This document shows positions 1 through 10,554 of a DNA stretch of 64,000 bases, piece by piece. Source of the DNA: Planctomycetota bacterium (GTDB lineage Bacteria > Planctomycetota > GCA-002687715 > CAIWVZ01); NCBI GenBank assembly GCA_044222185.1, contig JBGANV010000002.1, positions 320,001-384,000 of the forward strand, read 5' to 3'. Under the pieces are notes generated by a model. It saw nothing but the letters and a program-made list of their open reading frames with translations, had not been told where the DNA came from and ran no database searches. Both the position numbers and the translations under genes were made by a program. Position 1 is the first letter of the stretch, and every line of letters begins with the position of its first letter.

Positions 1-20
1 AGGTTCTTCATGTCGTACAT
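1..20 (-). CDS. N-terminus (truncated by window edge) of a probable carboxymuconolactone decarboxylase/AhpD family protein
   Basis: Minus strand reads GGAG-ACCACG-ATG TAC GAC ATG AAG AAC CT, i.e. RBS + MYDMKNL, an N-terminus I associate with small CMD/AhpD proteins. Divergent from TetR. Only 7 codons are visible. Confidence 0.4.
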
Positions 21-176
21 CGTGGTCTCCATTCGTCGTGACTCGTCCGAGGCCCTGGGGGTGCAGGCCGCGGCACGTCGGAGACAACCTACGGATCGCG
101 TCGCCGATCGGGAGTGCACTCGAGTTGCACCCCCCATGCGTCCCCCTGATACGTTCACACCTCTCGGAGGACAGTC

Positions 177-857
177 ATGCCCTCGCCTGGGAAGAAGACC
201 GTGACCGAGCTGTTCGGGCTCCCGGCACCGCCGCGAACGGGTCGTGGGCGACTCATCGCTGCGGCGATCGACCTTTTCTATCGCCACGGTTTCAGCGCTG
301 TCGGCATCGACCAGGTGATCGACGCGGCGGGCGTCACGAAGACGACGTTCTACAAGCACTTCGAGAGCAAGGACGAGCTCATGGTCGCGGCCGTCGAACG
401 TCGCGACGAATGGGAGACGGAAGCCTGGCAACGCGCCGTGCGGACCATCGCCGGAGACGACCCGCGGAAGTGGTTCCTGGGAATGCTCGACGTGATGGAC
501 GTCTGGTTCAACGACCCGGACTTCCACGGATGCATGTTCCTCAACACGGCGGTGGAGTTTCCCAATCCCCACGATCCCGTGCACAAGGCGGCGGTCGCGT
601 ACAAGCGCCGCGCGCGGGACGGCTGGCGCGACCTGGCACGATCAGCGGGTGCCGACGCCACCTCGGCGGACGCGTTCGCCGACTGCTACACGGCATTGAT
701 CGAAGGCGCGTTGATCCTGCGGCAAACGCACGGACGCAACGACGCCGCGCGCGTCATCCGCCCGCCCGTCGAGCAACTGATGCTCGCGCACCTCCCCACC
801 GTCGCGAAGAAGCGTGAAGGGCGACGCACTCGCGGGTCGCGGGCGAGCGGCTCCTGA
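177..857 (+). CDS. TetR/AcrR family transcriptional regulator
   Basis: HTH motif AAIDLFYRHGFSAVGIDQVIDAAGVTKTTFYKHFESKDEL; C-terminal GCMFLNTAVEF; GGAGG RBS before the ATG. Confidence 0.93.
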   Translation: MPSPGKKTVTELFGLPAPPRTGRGRLIAAAIDLFYRHGFSAVGIDQVIDAAGVTKTTFYKHFESKDELMVAAVERRDEWETEAWQRAVRTIAGDDPRKWFLGMLDVMDVWFNDPDFHGCMFLNTAVEFPNPHDPVHKAAVAYKRRARDGWRDLARSAGADATSADAFADCYTALIEGALILRQTHGRNDAARVIRPPVEQLMLAHLPTVAKKREGRRTRGSRASGS

Positions 858-875
858 GCGGCGCGGCCTCCGCAA

Positions 876-2459
876 TCATCGCGTCGCCCGAGCCCGGGAC
901 TTCCCGCCCTTCAACCCCAAGGCGCGCAGCTTCGATTCGAGCGTCGTCGGGCGAAGCCCCAGGAGCTCCGCGGCGCCGCCGGCCCCCGAGACCTTCCCGC
1001 CCGCCCGCTCGAGCGCGGCGGCGATGACGTCCCGTTCGCGTCGCTTCAGATCGGCCAGCGTCGTCGCGTCCGGTGCATCGCCCTCGGACTGACCCGCGCC
1101 CGGCGTCACCACCGTCGACGCGGGCGTCACCAACTCGGGGACGTGCAAGGTTCCCCGCGGCGACAGGATCACGGCACGCTCGACGACGTGCTGAAGCTCG
1201 CGGACGTTGCCCGGCCAGTGGTACTCCTGAAGCGTCCGAACGGCTGCGTTGGTGATGCGAGGCGCCGCCACTCCCAGTCGCTTCGCGGCGTTCGCCACGA
1301 AGTGCGCGGCCAGATCGGGGATGTCCTCGCGTCGCATGCGGAGCGGCGGAACCTCCACGGGGAACACGGACAACCGATAGAACAGGTCCGGCCGAAATCG
1401 CCCCTCGGTGGCTTCCCTGGACAGGTCCCGGTTCGTCGCCGCGATCACGCGGACATCCGTCTTGCGAGTGCGACCTTCGCCCACGCGCTCGAACGTCCCC
1501 TCCTGCAGGACCCGAAGGAGCTTGGGCTGCTGCGCCAGCGGGATCTCGCCCACCTCGTCGAGGAAGAGCGTGCCGCCGTCGGCGATTTCGAAGCGGCCGG
1601 CGCGATCGCGCAGCGCACCGGTGAAGGCTCCGCGCTGGTGCCCGAAGAACTCGCTCTCGAACAGCTCGGCGGGAATCGCCGCGCAGTTCACTTTCACGAG
1701 GGGACGTTCGCGACGGCGGCTGCGGTCGTGGATCGCACGCGCGACGAGTTCCTTCCCCACGCCGGACTCCCCAAGGACGAGGACGTTGGCGTCCGTCGGA
1801 GCCACCATCTCGATCTGGCGCAGCACTTTGTCCAACGCGGGGGAACGGCCCAGGATGTCGCCGAACGGCGCCGTGATCTCCTCGCGCAGATAGGTGTTGT
1901 CCTGCTCGAGCCGCGCGCGGAGGCGGTCGATCTCCTCGAAGGCGCGGGCATTCGAGATCGCCACGGCCGCGTGGTCGGCGAACGTGCGGAGCCAGGCGAA
2001 GTCGTCCGTCGTGATCGGTGAGCGGTCGAAGAACGCGAGGACACCGAGCACCTCGCCTCGAAACACCAGGGGCTGGGCGGCGAAGGACACCACCGACTCG
2101 GCCCGCACCCACTCGGGGTTGCAGATCCACGCGTCGTCGAGCGTGAGGTCGGCGAGCAGCACACCCTCACCGCTCGCGGCGACGCGTCCGATCTTGCGAT
2201 CACCGAGCTGGAACCGTGAGAAGTGCCCGTCGAGCCTGCGCGGGTCCGCACCCGGGCTCCGAAGCCGTCCCGCGCTCGCCGCCAGTTGGAGCCACTGCTG
2301 TCGCCCACGGTCGTCGTCGCGGGACTCCACAAGCCAGATCCGGGCGAGGGCCACGTTCGGGCAGTGGGCGACGCTCTCGACGATCTCCCCCAAGACGTCC
2401 TTGGTGGCGCGGGCGGCCGTGATGGCGAGCATCACGTTCTGCATGGCGGCGAGGTTCAC
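876..2459 (-). CDS. Sigma-54-dependent transcriptional activator, GAF-AAA+-Fis HTH (FhlA/NorR-like)
   Basis: GAF region, Walker A GESGVGKE, GAFTGA, LFLDEVGE, WPGNVREL, C-terminal HTH GAAELLGLRPTTLESKL. Start is likely GTG 2459 or ATG 2444 rather than 2798. Confidence 0.93.
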   Translation of the reverse strand: MNLAAMQNVMLAITAARATKDVLGEIVESVAHCPNVALARIWLVESRDDDRGRQQWLQLAASAGRLRSPGADPRRLDGHFSRFQLGDRKIGRVAASGEGVLLADLTLDDAWICNPEWVRAESVVSFAAQPLVFRGEVLGVLAFFDRSPITTDDFAWLRTFADHAAVAISNARAFEEIDRLRARLEQDNTYLREEITAPFGDILGRSPALDKVLRQIEMVAPTDANVLVLGESGVGKELVARAIHDRSRRRERPLVKVNCAAIPAELFESEFFGHQRGAFTGALRDRAGRFEIADGGTLFLDEVGEIPLAQQPKLLRVLQEGTFERVGEGRTRKTDVRVIAATNRDLSREATEGRFRPDLFYRLSVFPVEVPPLRMRREDIPDLAAHFVANAAKRLGVAAPRITNAAVRTLQEYHWPGNVRELQHVVERAVILSPRGTLHVPELVTPASTVVTPGAGQSEGDAPDATTLADLKRRERDVIAAALERAGGKVSGAGGAAELLGLRPTTLESKLRALGLKGGKSRARATR

Positions 2460-2472
2460 GGGGCGCAGATTG

Positions 2473-2525
2473 ACGGAGTTTCGTGAATCCCCCAACGAAG
2501 ATTCGTGAATCACGAGATCTCGTGA
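2473..2525. promoter_or_regulatory. Three putative enhancer-binding-protein sites (ACG-N6-CGTGA)
   Basis: ACGGAGTTTCGTGA (2473), ACGAAGATTCGTGA (2495) and the perfect palindrome TCACGAGATCTCGTGA (2510-2525), 70-120 bp upstream of a sigma-54 promoter. Confidence 0.6.
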
Positions 2526-2593
2526 AGGCACGCCGAAGCCTTCGAACGACGTAAGTGAATGCAATCCAAGGATTTGATGAGTGTCAGGTGTTC

Positions 2594-2609
2594 CGGCACG
2601 AGGACTGCA
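2594..2609 (+). promoter_or_regulatory. Sigma-54 (-24/-12) promoter for the AhpD-family gene
   Basis: CGGCACGAGGACTGCA: GG-N10-GC, close to TGGCACGNNNNTTGCW; divergent from a sigma-54 activator gene. Confidence 0.75.
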
Positions 2610-2677
2610 AAGAGGGGGTGGAGGTCGCCCCGATCCGGGGCGGCCGCGAAGTGAACTCATCGACAAGGGAGACGACC

Positions 2678-3235
2678 ATGTCACGCATCCAGATCCTCGA
2701 TCCGAAGACCAGCCAGGGCCGCGCGAAGGAACTCCTCGATGCCGTCCAGAAGAAGCTGGGGGTGACCCCGAACATGATGCGCGCGCTCGCCAACTCACCG
2801 GCGGCGCTCCAGGCGTACCTGGACTTCGGCGGCGCGCTCGCCGGCGGAGCGTTGTCGACGAAGGTGCGGGAGCAGATCGCGCTCACCATCGGCGAGATCA
2901 ACTCCTGCGGGTACTGCCTCTCGGCCCACACGCTGCTGGGCGGCAAGGCCGGGTTGACGCCCGAACAGGTCCTCGCGGCGCGCCGAGCGACCGCCGATGA
3001 CCCCAAGGCGAACGCCATCCTGCACCTCGCGAAGGAGATCGCGCTCCGCCGCGGCGAATTGCGCGATCAGGATCTGCGGGCGGCGCGTGACGCGGGCGTC
3101 ACCGACGGCGAGATCGCCGAGGTCGTCGGGGCTGTCGCGCTCAACATCTTCACGAACTACTTCAATGCGGTCGCCGTCCCGCCCATCGACTTCCCCGAAG
3201 TGAAGCCCGGCGTCGCCGCGGCCGCCCACGCTTGA
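2678..3235 (+). CDS. Carboxymuconolactone decarboxylase / alkylhydroperoxidase AhpD family protein
   Basis: REQIALTIGEINSCGYCLSAH (CxxC...H), NIFTNYFN, IDFP; RBS AAGGGAG before ATG 2678. Confidence 0.92.
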   Translation: MSRIQILDPKTSQGRAKELLDAVQKKLGVTPNMMRALANSPAALQAYLDFGGALAGGALSTKVREQIALTIGEINSCGYCLSAHTLLGGKAGLTPEQVLAARRATADDPKANAILHLAKEIALRRGELRDQDLRAARDAGVTDGEIAEVVGAVALNIFTNYFNAVAVPPIDFPEVKPGVAAAAHA

Positions 3236-3254
3236 CATCCTCGCGCCGCCGAAA

Positions 3255-3727
3255 CGCCAGGATCCCCGATCTCATTAACGGGGAGCGCCAGGATCCCCGA
3301 TCTCATTAACGGGGAGCGCCAGGATCCCCGAGTCCGACGAGGGGTCCTGGCCGGTTGGCGAGACCTCCGGGCTCGCCTGATCTTCAACACCCCTCCAACC
3401 CGCCAACGGCCCCCCCGCTCGCATCATCGCGTGCGAACGTCGCTGCGACCTCCCGGCAGGGCAGGAGCCCTGCCATCCAGCCGCGTGAAACGCGGCGCTC
3501 CGGAACGCCAGGATCCCCGATCTCATTCACGGGGAGCGCCAGGATCCCCGAGTCCGACGAGGGGTCCTGGCCGGTTGGCGAGACCTCCGGGCTCGCCTGA
3601 TCTTCAACACCCCGCCAATCCGCCCACGGCCCCGCCGCGCTCGCATCACCGCATGCGAACGTCGCTGCGACCTCCCGGCAGGGCAGGAGCCCTGCCATCC
3701 GGCCGCGTGAAACGCGGCGTTCCGGAA
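3255..3727. repeat. Intergenic tandem duplication (~220 bp x2 plus an extra 31-bp unit) built from REP-like palindromes
   Basis: 3286-3505 and 3506-3727 are near-identical. The 31-mer CGCCAGGATCCCCGATCTCATT(A/C)ACGGGGAG occurs at 3255, 3286 and 3506. Hairpins include GGCAGGGC-AGGA-GCCCTGCC and GCCGCGT-GAA-ACGCGGC. Confidence 0.9.
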
Positions 3728-3823
3728 TCGCCGCGCGCGTCGCGGGCGCTGACTATGATGGCGGTCCATTTCGCCGCGCCAGCTCGCTCAGGAACTGCGG
3801 GTCGGCACGTCGCTGGAGGCCCC

Positions 3824-6800
3824 ATGAAGACGACGTCCATCGCATGCACGGCACTGCTCGCCCTGGTCACCCTCGCGCCCACCTTCGGGCAGGGACCCCG
3901 GCCACTGACGCATGACGACTACGAGCAATGGAAGTCGTTGCGCGGCACGTCCTACAGCCTGGACGGCAAGTGGGTCGCCTACCAGATCGAGCCCCAGTGG
4001 GGTGATGGCGTACTCGAGATCCGCCAGACCGACGGCGACGTCGTCTATCACCACCCCCTCGGGTCCGGTGCTCGCTTCTCCAACGACGACCGCTACGTCG
4101 TCTTCACCATCAACAAGTCGAAGGTCGAGGAGCGCAAGAAGAAGATCGACGACCTCGTGAAGAAGGCCGAAGGCGCGGAGAAGAAGGAGGGGTCGACCGA
4201 GACCTCGAACGAGCCCGGTGGAGGCGGCGCGGCGCGGCCTGCGGGCGCACCGGCAGGGCTCGCGGGTCGCGGCCCGTTCGGCGGCGGCCGTCGCGGCGGC
4301 GCTGGCGGCCCCGGCGGTGCGCCTGGCGCACCAGCGGGCGATGAGGCGTCTCGCGATCGCGGCGACCTGGGAATCATGGACCTCTCGACCGGGAAGGTGG
4401 AGATCATCCCGAAGGTGAAGGGGTTCGCGCTCCCCGAAGAGTTCGCCGTCCTCGTCTATCACCTGGACAAGCCCGAGCCGCCGAAGGATGACGCGTCCGC
4501 CGACAGCCGGCCGGGCGCGGACAGCCGTCGTGCCGAGTCGAGGCCGGAGGAGGGTGCAAGCGCCGAGTCGCGCGGCCCCGAGTCGCGCCCCGAGGGCGGT
4601 CGCTTCGCCGGTGGGCGCCGGGGCGGCCGGCGCGGACCGGGCGCACCCGGCGGCGCGGGTCCCGGCACCGCGAGTGCTCCGACGAGTCGCCCCGAATCCC
4701 GCCCCGAAGATCCAATGGAGAAGAAGCGGCAGGACGGATCCGTGCTCGTGATCCGCGACCTCGCCACCGGCGTGGAGCGCAAATTCGAGGACGTCGTCAA
4801 CTACGGCCTCACACGCAAGGCCACGTGGCTTTGGTGGAACACCTCCGCCAAGAAGCCTGACGCGAAGAAGACCTACGGCCTCTTCGCCGTGAAGCTCACC
4901 GGTGGCGACGTGCGCACGCTCGTCGACGGCTTCGCGGACTTCGGCAACATGACGTCGGATCGCGAGGGGTCGGTTCTGGCGTTCACCAGCAACAAGAACG
5001 ACTTCGCCGCGGAGAAACCGCGGAGCGACATCTGGATCTGGAACTGCGACGATCGGCCGGCCGAGCGGATCGTCCATCCGGAAACCCCCGGCATGCCGAA
5101 GACGAAGGTCCCGGGCGGCGGGCTCGGCTTCTGCCGCGACGGCAGCGTTCTCGCGTTCTCCGTGCAGGATCTGCCGGAGCCGGACGCGACGCCGATCCTG
5201 CCGGACGAGAAAGTCGTCCTCGACATCTGGCACTGGAACGACGGGCAGTTGCAGACCGCCCAGGCGAAACGCACGGGACGCCGCAACAGCAACTGGACGG
5301 CCGTCTGGCATCGCGCCGAACGACGTCTGCAGGTGCTTGGTGACGCGACGGTCGAGAGCGTCCGCTTCCTCACGCGCGACGGATCGCGAGGCCTCGCGAC
5401 CGACGACACGCCCTACGAGAAGCTCTCGACCTGGGACACCCGCTATTCGGACGTCTACGTCGTCAACACGCTCGACGGGTCGCGGACGAAGGTCCTCGAG
5501 AAGCTCCGTGGCACGGTGAGCAACTCCCCCGAGGGCCGCTACCTCGTGTGGTTCGGGACCGACTACCACTGGTGGTCGCTGGACGTCGCAACGCTCCAGA
5601 AGCGCGATCTCACCGGCTCGCTGCCCGTGGCGTTCCAACAGACGGATGACGACCATCCCGCGGCCGATCCCGCGTGGGGGATCGCGGGATGGACCGAGCA
5701 CGACGCCGAGATCGTGTTGAACGACCAATTCGATCTTTGGCGCGTATCGCCGGCCACCGGCACCTCGGCCTGCGTCACGGATGGCTACGGCCGCGCCGAG
5801 ACGACGCGCCTGCGACTCGAGATCCTCGACCGCGAGCAGGAGCACCTCCCGACCGAGCTGCTGCTCTCCGCCGTGAACACCGAAACGATGGCCGAAGGCT
5901 ATTTCACCGACTCGCTGACGGAGCCGCGCAAGCCCCTCCGCCTCGTGAACGTCGACAAGAACTTCGGTGGACTCACCAAGCCGAAGAAGACGGATCGGCT
6001 GTTCTTCACGCTTTCCACCTTCGCCGACTTCCCCGACCTGTGGACCGCGCAACACGACTTCACGGGGATGAAGAAGCTGTCGGCTGCGAACCCTCAGCAG
6101 GCGAACTACCGCTGGGGCAAGGCCGAGCTCGTGCGATGGATCAACGGCGACGGCAAGACGCTGAAGGGCGTGCTCGTCAAGCCTGACGGATTCGATCCCG
6201 CGAAGAAGTACCCGATGATGGTCTACTTCTACGAGCGGATGTCCCAGAGCCTGCACGAGTACGTCGCGCCTTCGCCGGGCACGTCGCCGATCGCGTCGTA
6301 CTACGTCAGCAACGGCTATCTCTGGTTCATGCCCGACATCGTCTACGAGGTGGGCTACCCCGGTGAATCGTGCGTGAAATGTGTCGTCTCCGGAGTGGAG
6401 TCGCTCATCGCCAAAGGGTTCGTGGACGAGAAGGCCATCGGCGCGGCAGGACACAGCTGGGGCGGATACCAGACGGCATTCCTCGTCACGCGCACGAACA
6501 TCTTCGCGGCCGTCGAATCCGGGGCCCCAGTCTCCAACATGATCTCGGCCTATGGCGGGATCCGCTACGAGACGGGCATCTCGCGTCAGTTCCAATACGA
6601 GAAGGATCAATCGCGCATCGGCGGAACGCCGTGGCAGTACCCGATGCGCTATTGGGAGAACTCGCCGATCTTCTTCGCGGACAAGGTGAAGACTCCCGTG
6701 CTGATCCTCCACAACGACGCGGATGGTGCGGTGCCGTGGACGAATGGCATCGAGTACTTCACAGCCCTGCGTCGACTCGAGAAGGAAGCCTACTTGTTCA

Positions 6801-7069
6801 ATTACTCGGGCGAGGGCCACGGCCTGTCGAAGGTCCCCAACAAGAAGGACTGGACGCGCCGCATGTCCGAGTACTTCGGCTATCACCTGAAGCACGAGGC
6901 CATGCCCGCGTGGATGGCGAACGGCGTCCCCTATGCGGAGCGTGACAAGGAGAAACTCCCGCACACTCCGAGCTACGTCGAAGTGACCGCCCGCCGCGCG
7001 GAGAGTCGCGCGTCGGCGACGCCCAAGCCCGTCGCCGTCGACGCATCCCAGGCGAAGTCGGGGCAGTGA
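3824..7069 (+). CDS. Secreted S9 family (prolyl oligopeptidase / dipeptidyl aminopeptidase-like) peptidase
   Basis: Signal peptide MKTTSIAC...TFG-Q; beta-propeller-like region; YPMMVYFYE, nucleophile GHSWGG, NDADGAV (Asp), GEGHG (His); GGAGG RBS before ATG 3824. Confidence 0.92.
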   Translation: MKTTSIACTALLALVTLAPTFGQGPRPLTHDDYEQWKSLRGTSYSLDGKWVAYQIEPQWGDGVLEIRQTDGDVVYHHPLGSGARFSNDDRYVVFTINKSKVEERKKKIDDLVKKAEGAEKKEGSTETSNEPGGGGAARPAGAPAGLAGRGPFGGGRRGGAGGPGGAPGAPAGDEASRDRGDLGIMDLSTGKVEIIPKVKGFALPEEFAVLVYHLDKPEPPKDDASADSRPGADSRRAESRPEEGASAESRGPESRPEGGRFAGGRRGGRRGPGAPGGAGPGTASAPTSRPESRPEDPMEKKRQDGSVLVIRDLATGVERKFEDVVNYGLTRKATWLWWNTSAKKPDAKKTYGLFAVKLTGGDVRTLVDGFADFGNMTSDREGSVLAFTSNKNDFAAEKPRSDIWIWNCDDRPAERIVHPETPGMPKTKVPGGGLGFCRDGSVLAFSVQDLPEPDATPILPDEKVVLDIWHWNDGQLQTAQAKRTGRRNSNWTAVWHRAERRLQVLGDATVESVRFLTRDGSRGLATDDTPYEKLSTWDTRYSDVYVVNTLDGSRTKVLEKLRGTVSNSPEGRYLVWFGTDYHWWSLDVATLQKRDLTGSLPVAFQQTDDDHPAADPAWGIAGWTEHDAEIVLNDQFDLWRVSPATGTSACVTDGYGRAETTRLRLEILDREQEHLPTELLLSAVNTETMAEGYFTDSLTEPRKPLRLVNVDKNFGGLTKPKKTDRLFFTLSTFADFPDLWTAQHDFTGMKKLSAANPQQANYRWGKAELVRWINGDGKTLKGVLVKPDGFDPAKKYPMMVYFYERMSQSLHEYVAPSPGTSPIASYYVSNGYLWFMPDIVYEVGYPGESCVKCVVSGVESLIAKGFVDEKAIGAAGHSWGGYQTAFLVTRTNIFAAVESGAPVSNMISAYGGIRYETGISRQFQYEKDQSRIGGTPWQYPMRYWENSPIFFADKVKTPVLILHNDADGAVPWTNGIEYFTALRRLEKEAYLFNYSGEGHGLSKVPNKKDWTRRMSEYFGYHLKHEAMPAWMANGVPYAERDKEKLPHTPSYVEVTARRAESRASATPKPVAVDASQAKSGQ

Positions 7070-8418
7070 TCTCGAACGCGAATGCGCTTCCGACCGACGA
7101 TGGCATTGGCGGGCGTGCCGCGGCTGAGCGAGCCGCGCGCCCCCGCCAGCGTTGGAGCCTGGCGCGTCGCATCGTCGTGATGCTCGCGTCGTGCGCGACA
7201 GTCCTCGCGCAGTACACGATCTCGTCCGTGACGTCGTCGCCGTCGTGCGGCACGGCTCCGTTGACGGTCAACGTGACCGTGACGACGGTGCCGGCCGTGG
7301 GTGCGACCTACATGCTGAATTTCGGTGACGGGGCCACGGGGTATGGAATCTCCGGCACTGGCGCCACGTCTCACACGTACACCACTCCGGGCGTCTACCA
7401 GCCGTCGTGCTTCGTGTTCGCCTGCGCGCCGTTGATCTCGTGCTTCATCACGGGGAGCCCGGTCGTCGTCGACGCCCCTGGATTCCTCTCGTCCGTCGTT
7501 CCTCCGGCAGGGCCGTCCTCGGGCGGGACGACGGTCACGCTGAATCTGGCTGGCAACCTCAACGGCACCAGCGTCACGGGCGTCTACTTCGGTGGCGTTC
7601 CCGCCTCCAACGTCGCGGTGTCCAGCCCGAACACGATCAGCTGCACCACGCCGGCGATCACCACATCGGTGCCCATCGCACCGCCGATCCTCATCGCGCT
7701 CGGCGGCACGAACTGCCCGCCGCTCGTCGGCTCCGGGTTGTTCACGTTCGACCCGGGCCTCGCCATCGCCGCGGCCCTTCCATCGAATCTCGTTCCCTTC
7801 GTGTCTACCTACACCCTGCTCGGGAGCGGCTTCGTTCCGGGGCCGATCGGCACATGGGCGAATGGGATCCCCGTCGCCGCGCTGCCTGGCCCCATGATCG
7901 CCGGCTTCGACACGCTCTCGGTCACGCTCCCGGCGACGGTGACGCAGTCCGGTGCGTCCGTGATCCTGGAACTGACGCAGCCGGCGCCGCCGAGCCAGTC
8001 GCGCCCATTCGCACTTCACGTATCCGGATTCGACAACGCGGGAATCGTGACGATCTCGCCGCTGGGCTTCGGGCCCGGATCCACCGCCACGACCCGTGTC
8101 ACTGGCCTCGACGCCGGAACCCCCGTGCTGCTCGCCCTCGACTCGACGCCGCCGTCCGTCGTGACGACGATCGGCGCACCCGCGAGTCACTTCGCCCTGG
8201 AACTCGGAAGCCCCTGGGTCACCCCGCTCATCGACGGGATCGGCGCGTTCGGAAGCGCGTGGCCGCCCGGAGTCGCCAGCAGCCTCGGCGAGTTGACGTT
8301 CGTGCATGCGCTTCCAACTCCACCGTTTGGATGGAGCGCCAAGCTGCAAAGCGCGTGGCTCAGTCCGTCGGCGCCGCTTGGCTACCGACTGACCTGGGCG
8401 TTTCCGGCGAACCTGTGA
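7066..8418 (+). CDS. Secreted PKD + IPT/TIG domain protein with a lineage-type C-terminal beta domain
   Basis: GTGA overlap with the upstream stop; PKD motif GTAPLTV...NFGDG...SHTYTTPGVY; IPT motif SVVPPAGPSSGGTTVTL...VYFGG...TISCTTPA. Confidence 0.8.
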   Translation: MISNANALPTDDGIGGRAAAERAARPRQRWSLARRIVVMLASCATVLAQYTISSVTSSPSCGTAPLTVNVTVTTVPAVGATYMLNFGDGATGYGISGTGATSHTYTTPGVYQPSCFVFACAPLISCFITGSPVVVDAPGFLSSVVPPAGPSSGGTTVTLNLAGNLNGTSVTGVYFGGVPASNVAVSSPNTISCTTPAITTSVPIAPPILIALGGTNCPPLVGSGLFTFDPGLAIAAALPSNLVPFVSTYTLLGSGFVPGPIGTWANGIPVAALPGPMIAGFDTLSVTLPATVTQSGASVILELTQPAPPSQSRPFALHVSGFDNAGIVTISPLGFGPGSTATTRVTGLDAGTPVLLALDSTPPSVVTTIGAPASHFALELGSPWVTPLIDGIGAFGSAWPPGVASSLGELTFVHALPTPPFGWSAKLQSAWLSPSAPLGYRLTWAFPANL

Positions 8419-8442
8419 ACCGGTTCGACCTGGGTGAGCTGG

Positions 8443-10350
<1,908 letters not shown>

Positions 10351-10554
10351 GCACGAGCTTCAGCAGGCGCGGGACCCGCCAGGGGGCCCGCTTGCGACGC
10401 AAAGGGGAAGTGCGTCTCAACGCCACGAAGGCTGATTTCCGGGTCGCAAGCCTACGGAGCGGACGCTTGCGTGTCGATGGCTCATCCGGAACGACGCCAG
10501 GTTGTTGCGGCCGAGCTGGTGCCAGACGCTCCGCGATCGAATAAACTCGAAACC

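Noticed and set aside
3255-3727. Possible CRISPR array
   Set aside because: The 31-bp units are directly adjacent or separated by near-identical long segments rather than unique spacers; no cas genes.
3157-3769. Short ORFs over the repeat and the 131-aa N-terminal extension of the S9 peptidase ORF
   Set aside because: Translations of the palindromic repeat; the peptidase has an RBS and signal peptide at 3824.
3788-6964. 1058-aa minus-strand ORF (and similar long ORFs at 27777-30485, 32208-34685, 39905-42463, 52967-54706)
   Set aside because: Each mirrors a well-supported gene on the opposite strand and has Arg/Ala/Val-rich shadow composition.
10390-10457. GACGCAAAG / GGGTCGCAAGCC resembling a c-di-GMP-I riboswitch, within a 9-bp inverted repeat
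   Set aside because: Lacks the GGCAAA...GAAA P2 stem and tetraloop receptor arrangement; more likely chance or a protein-binding site.
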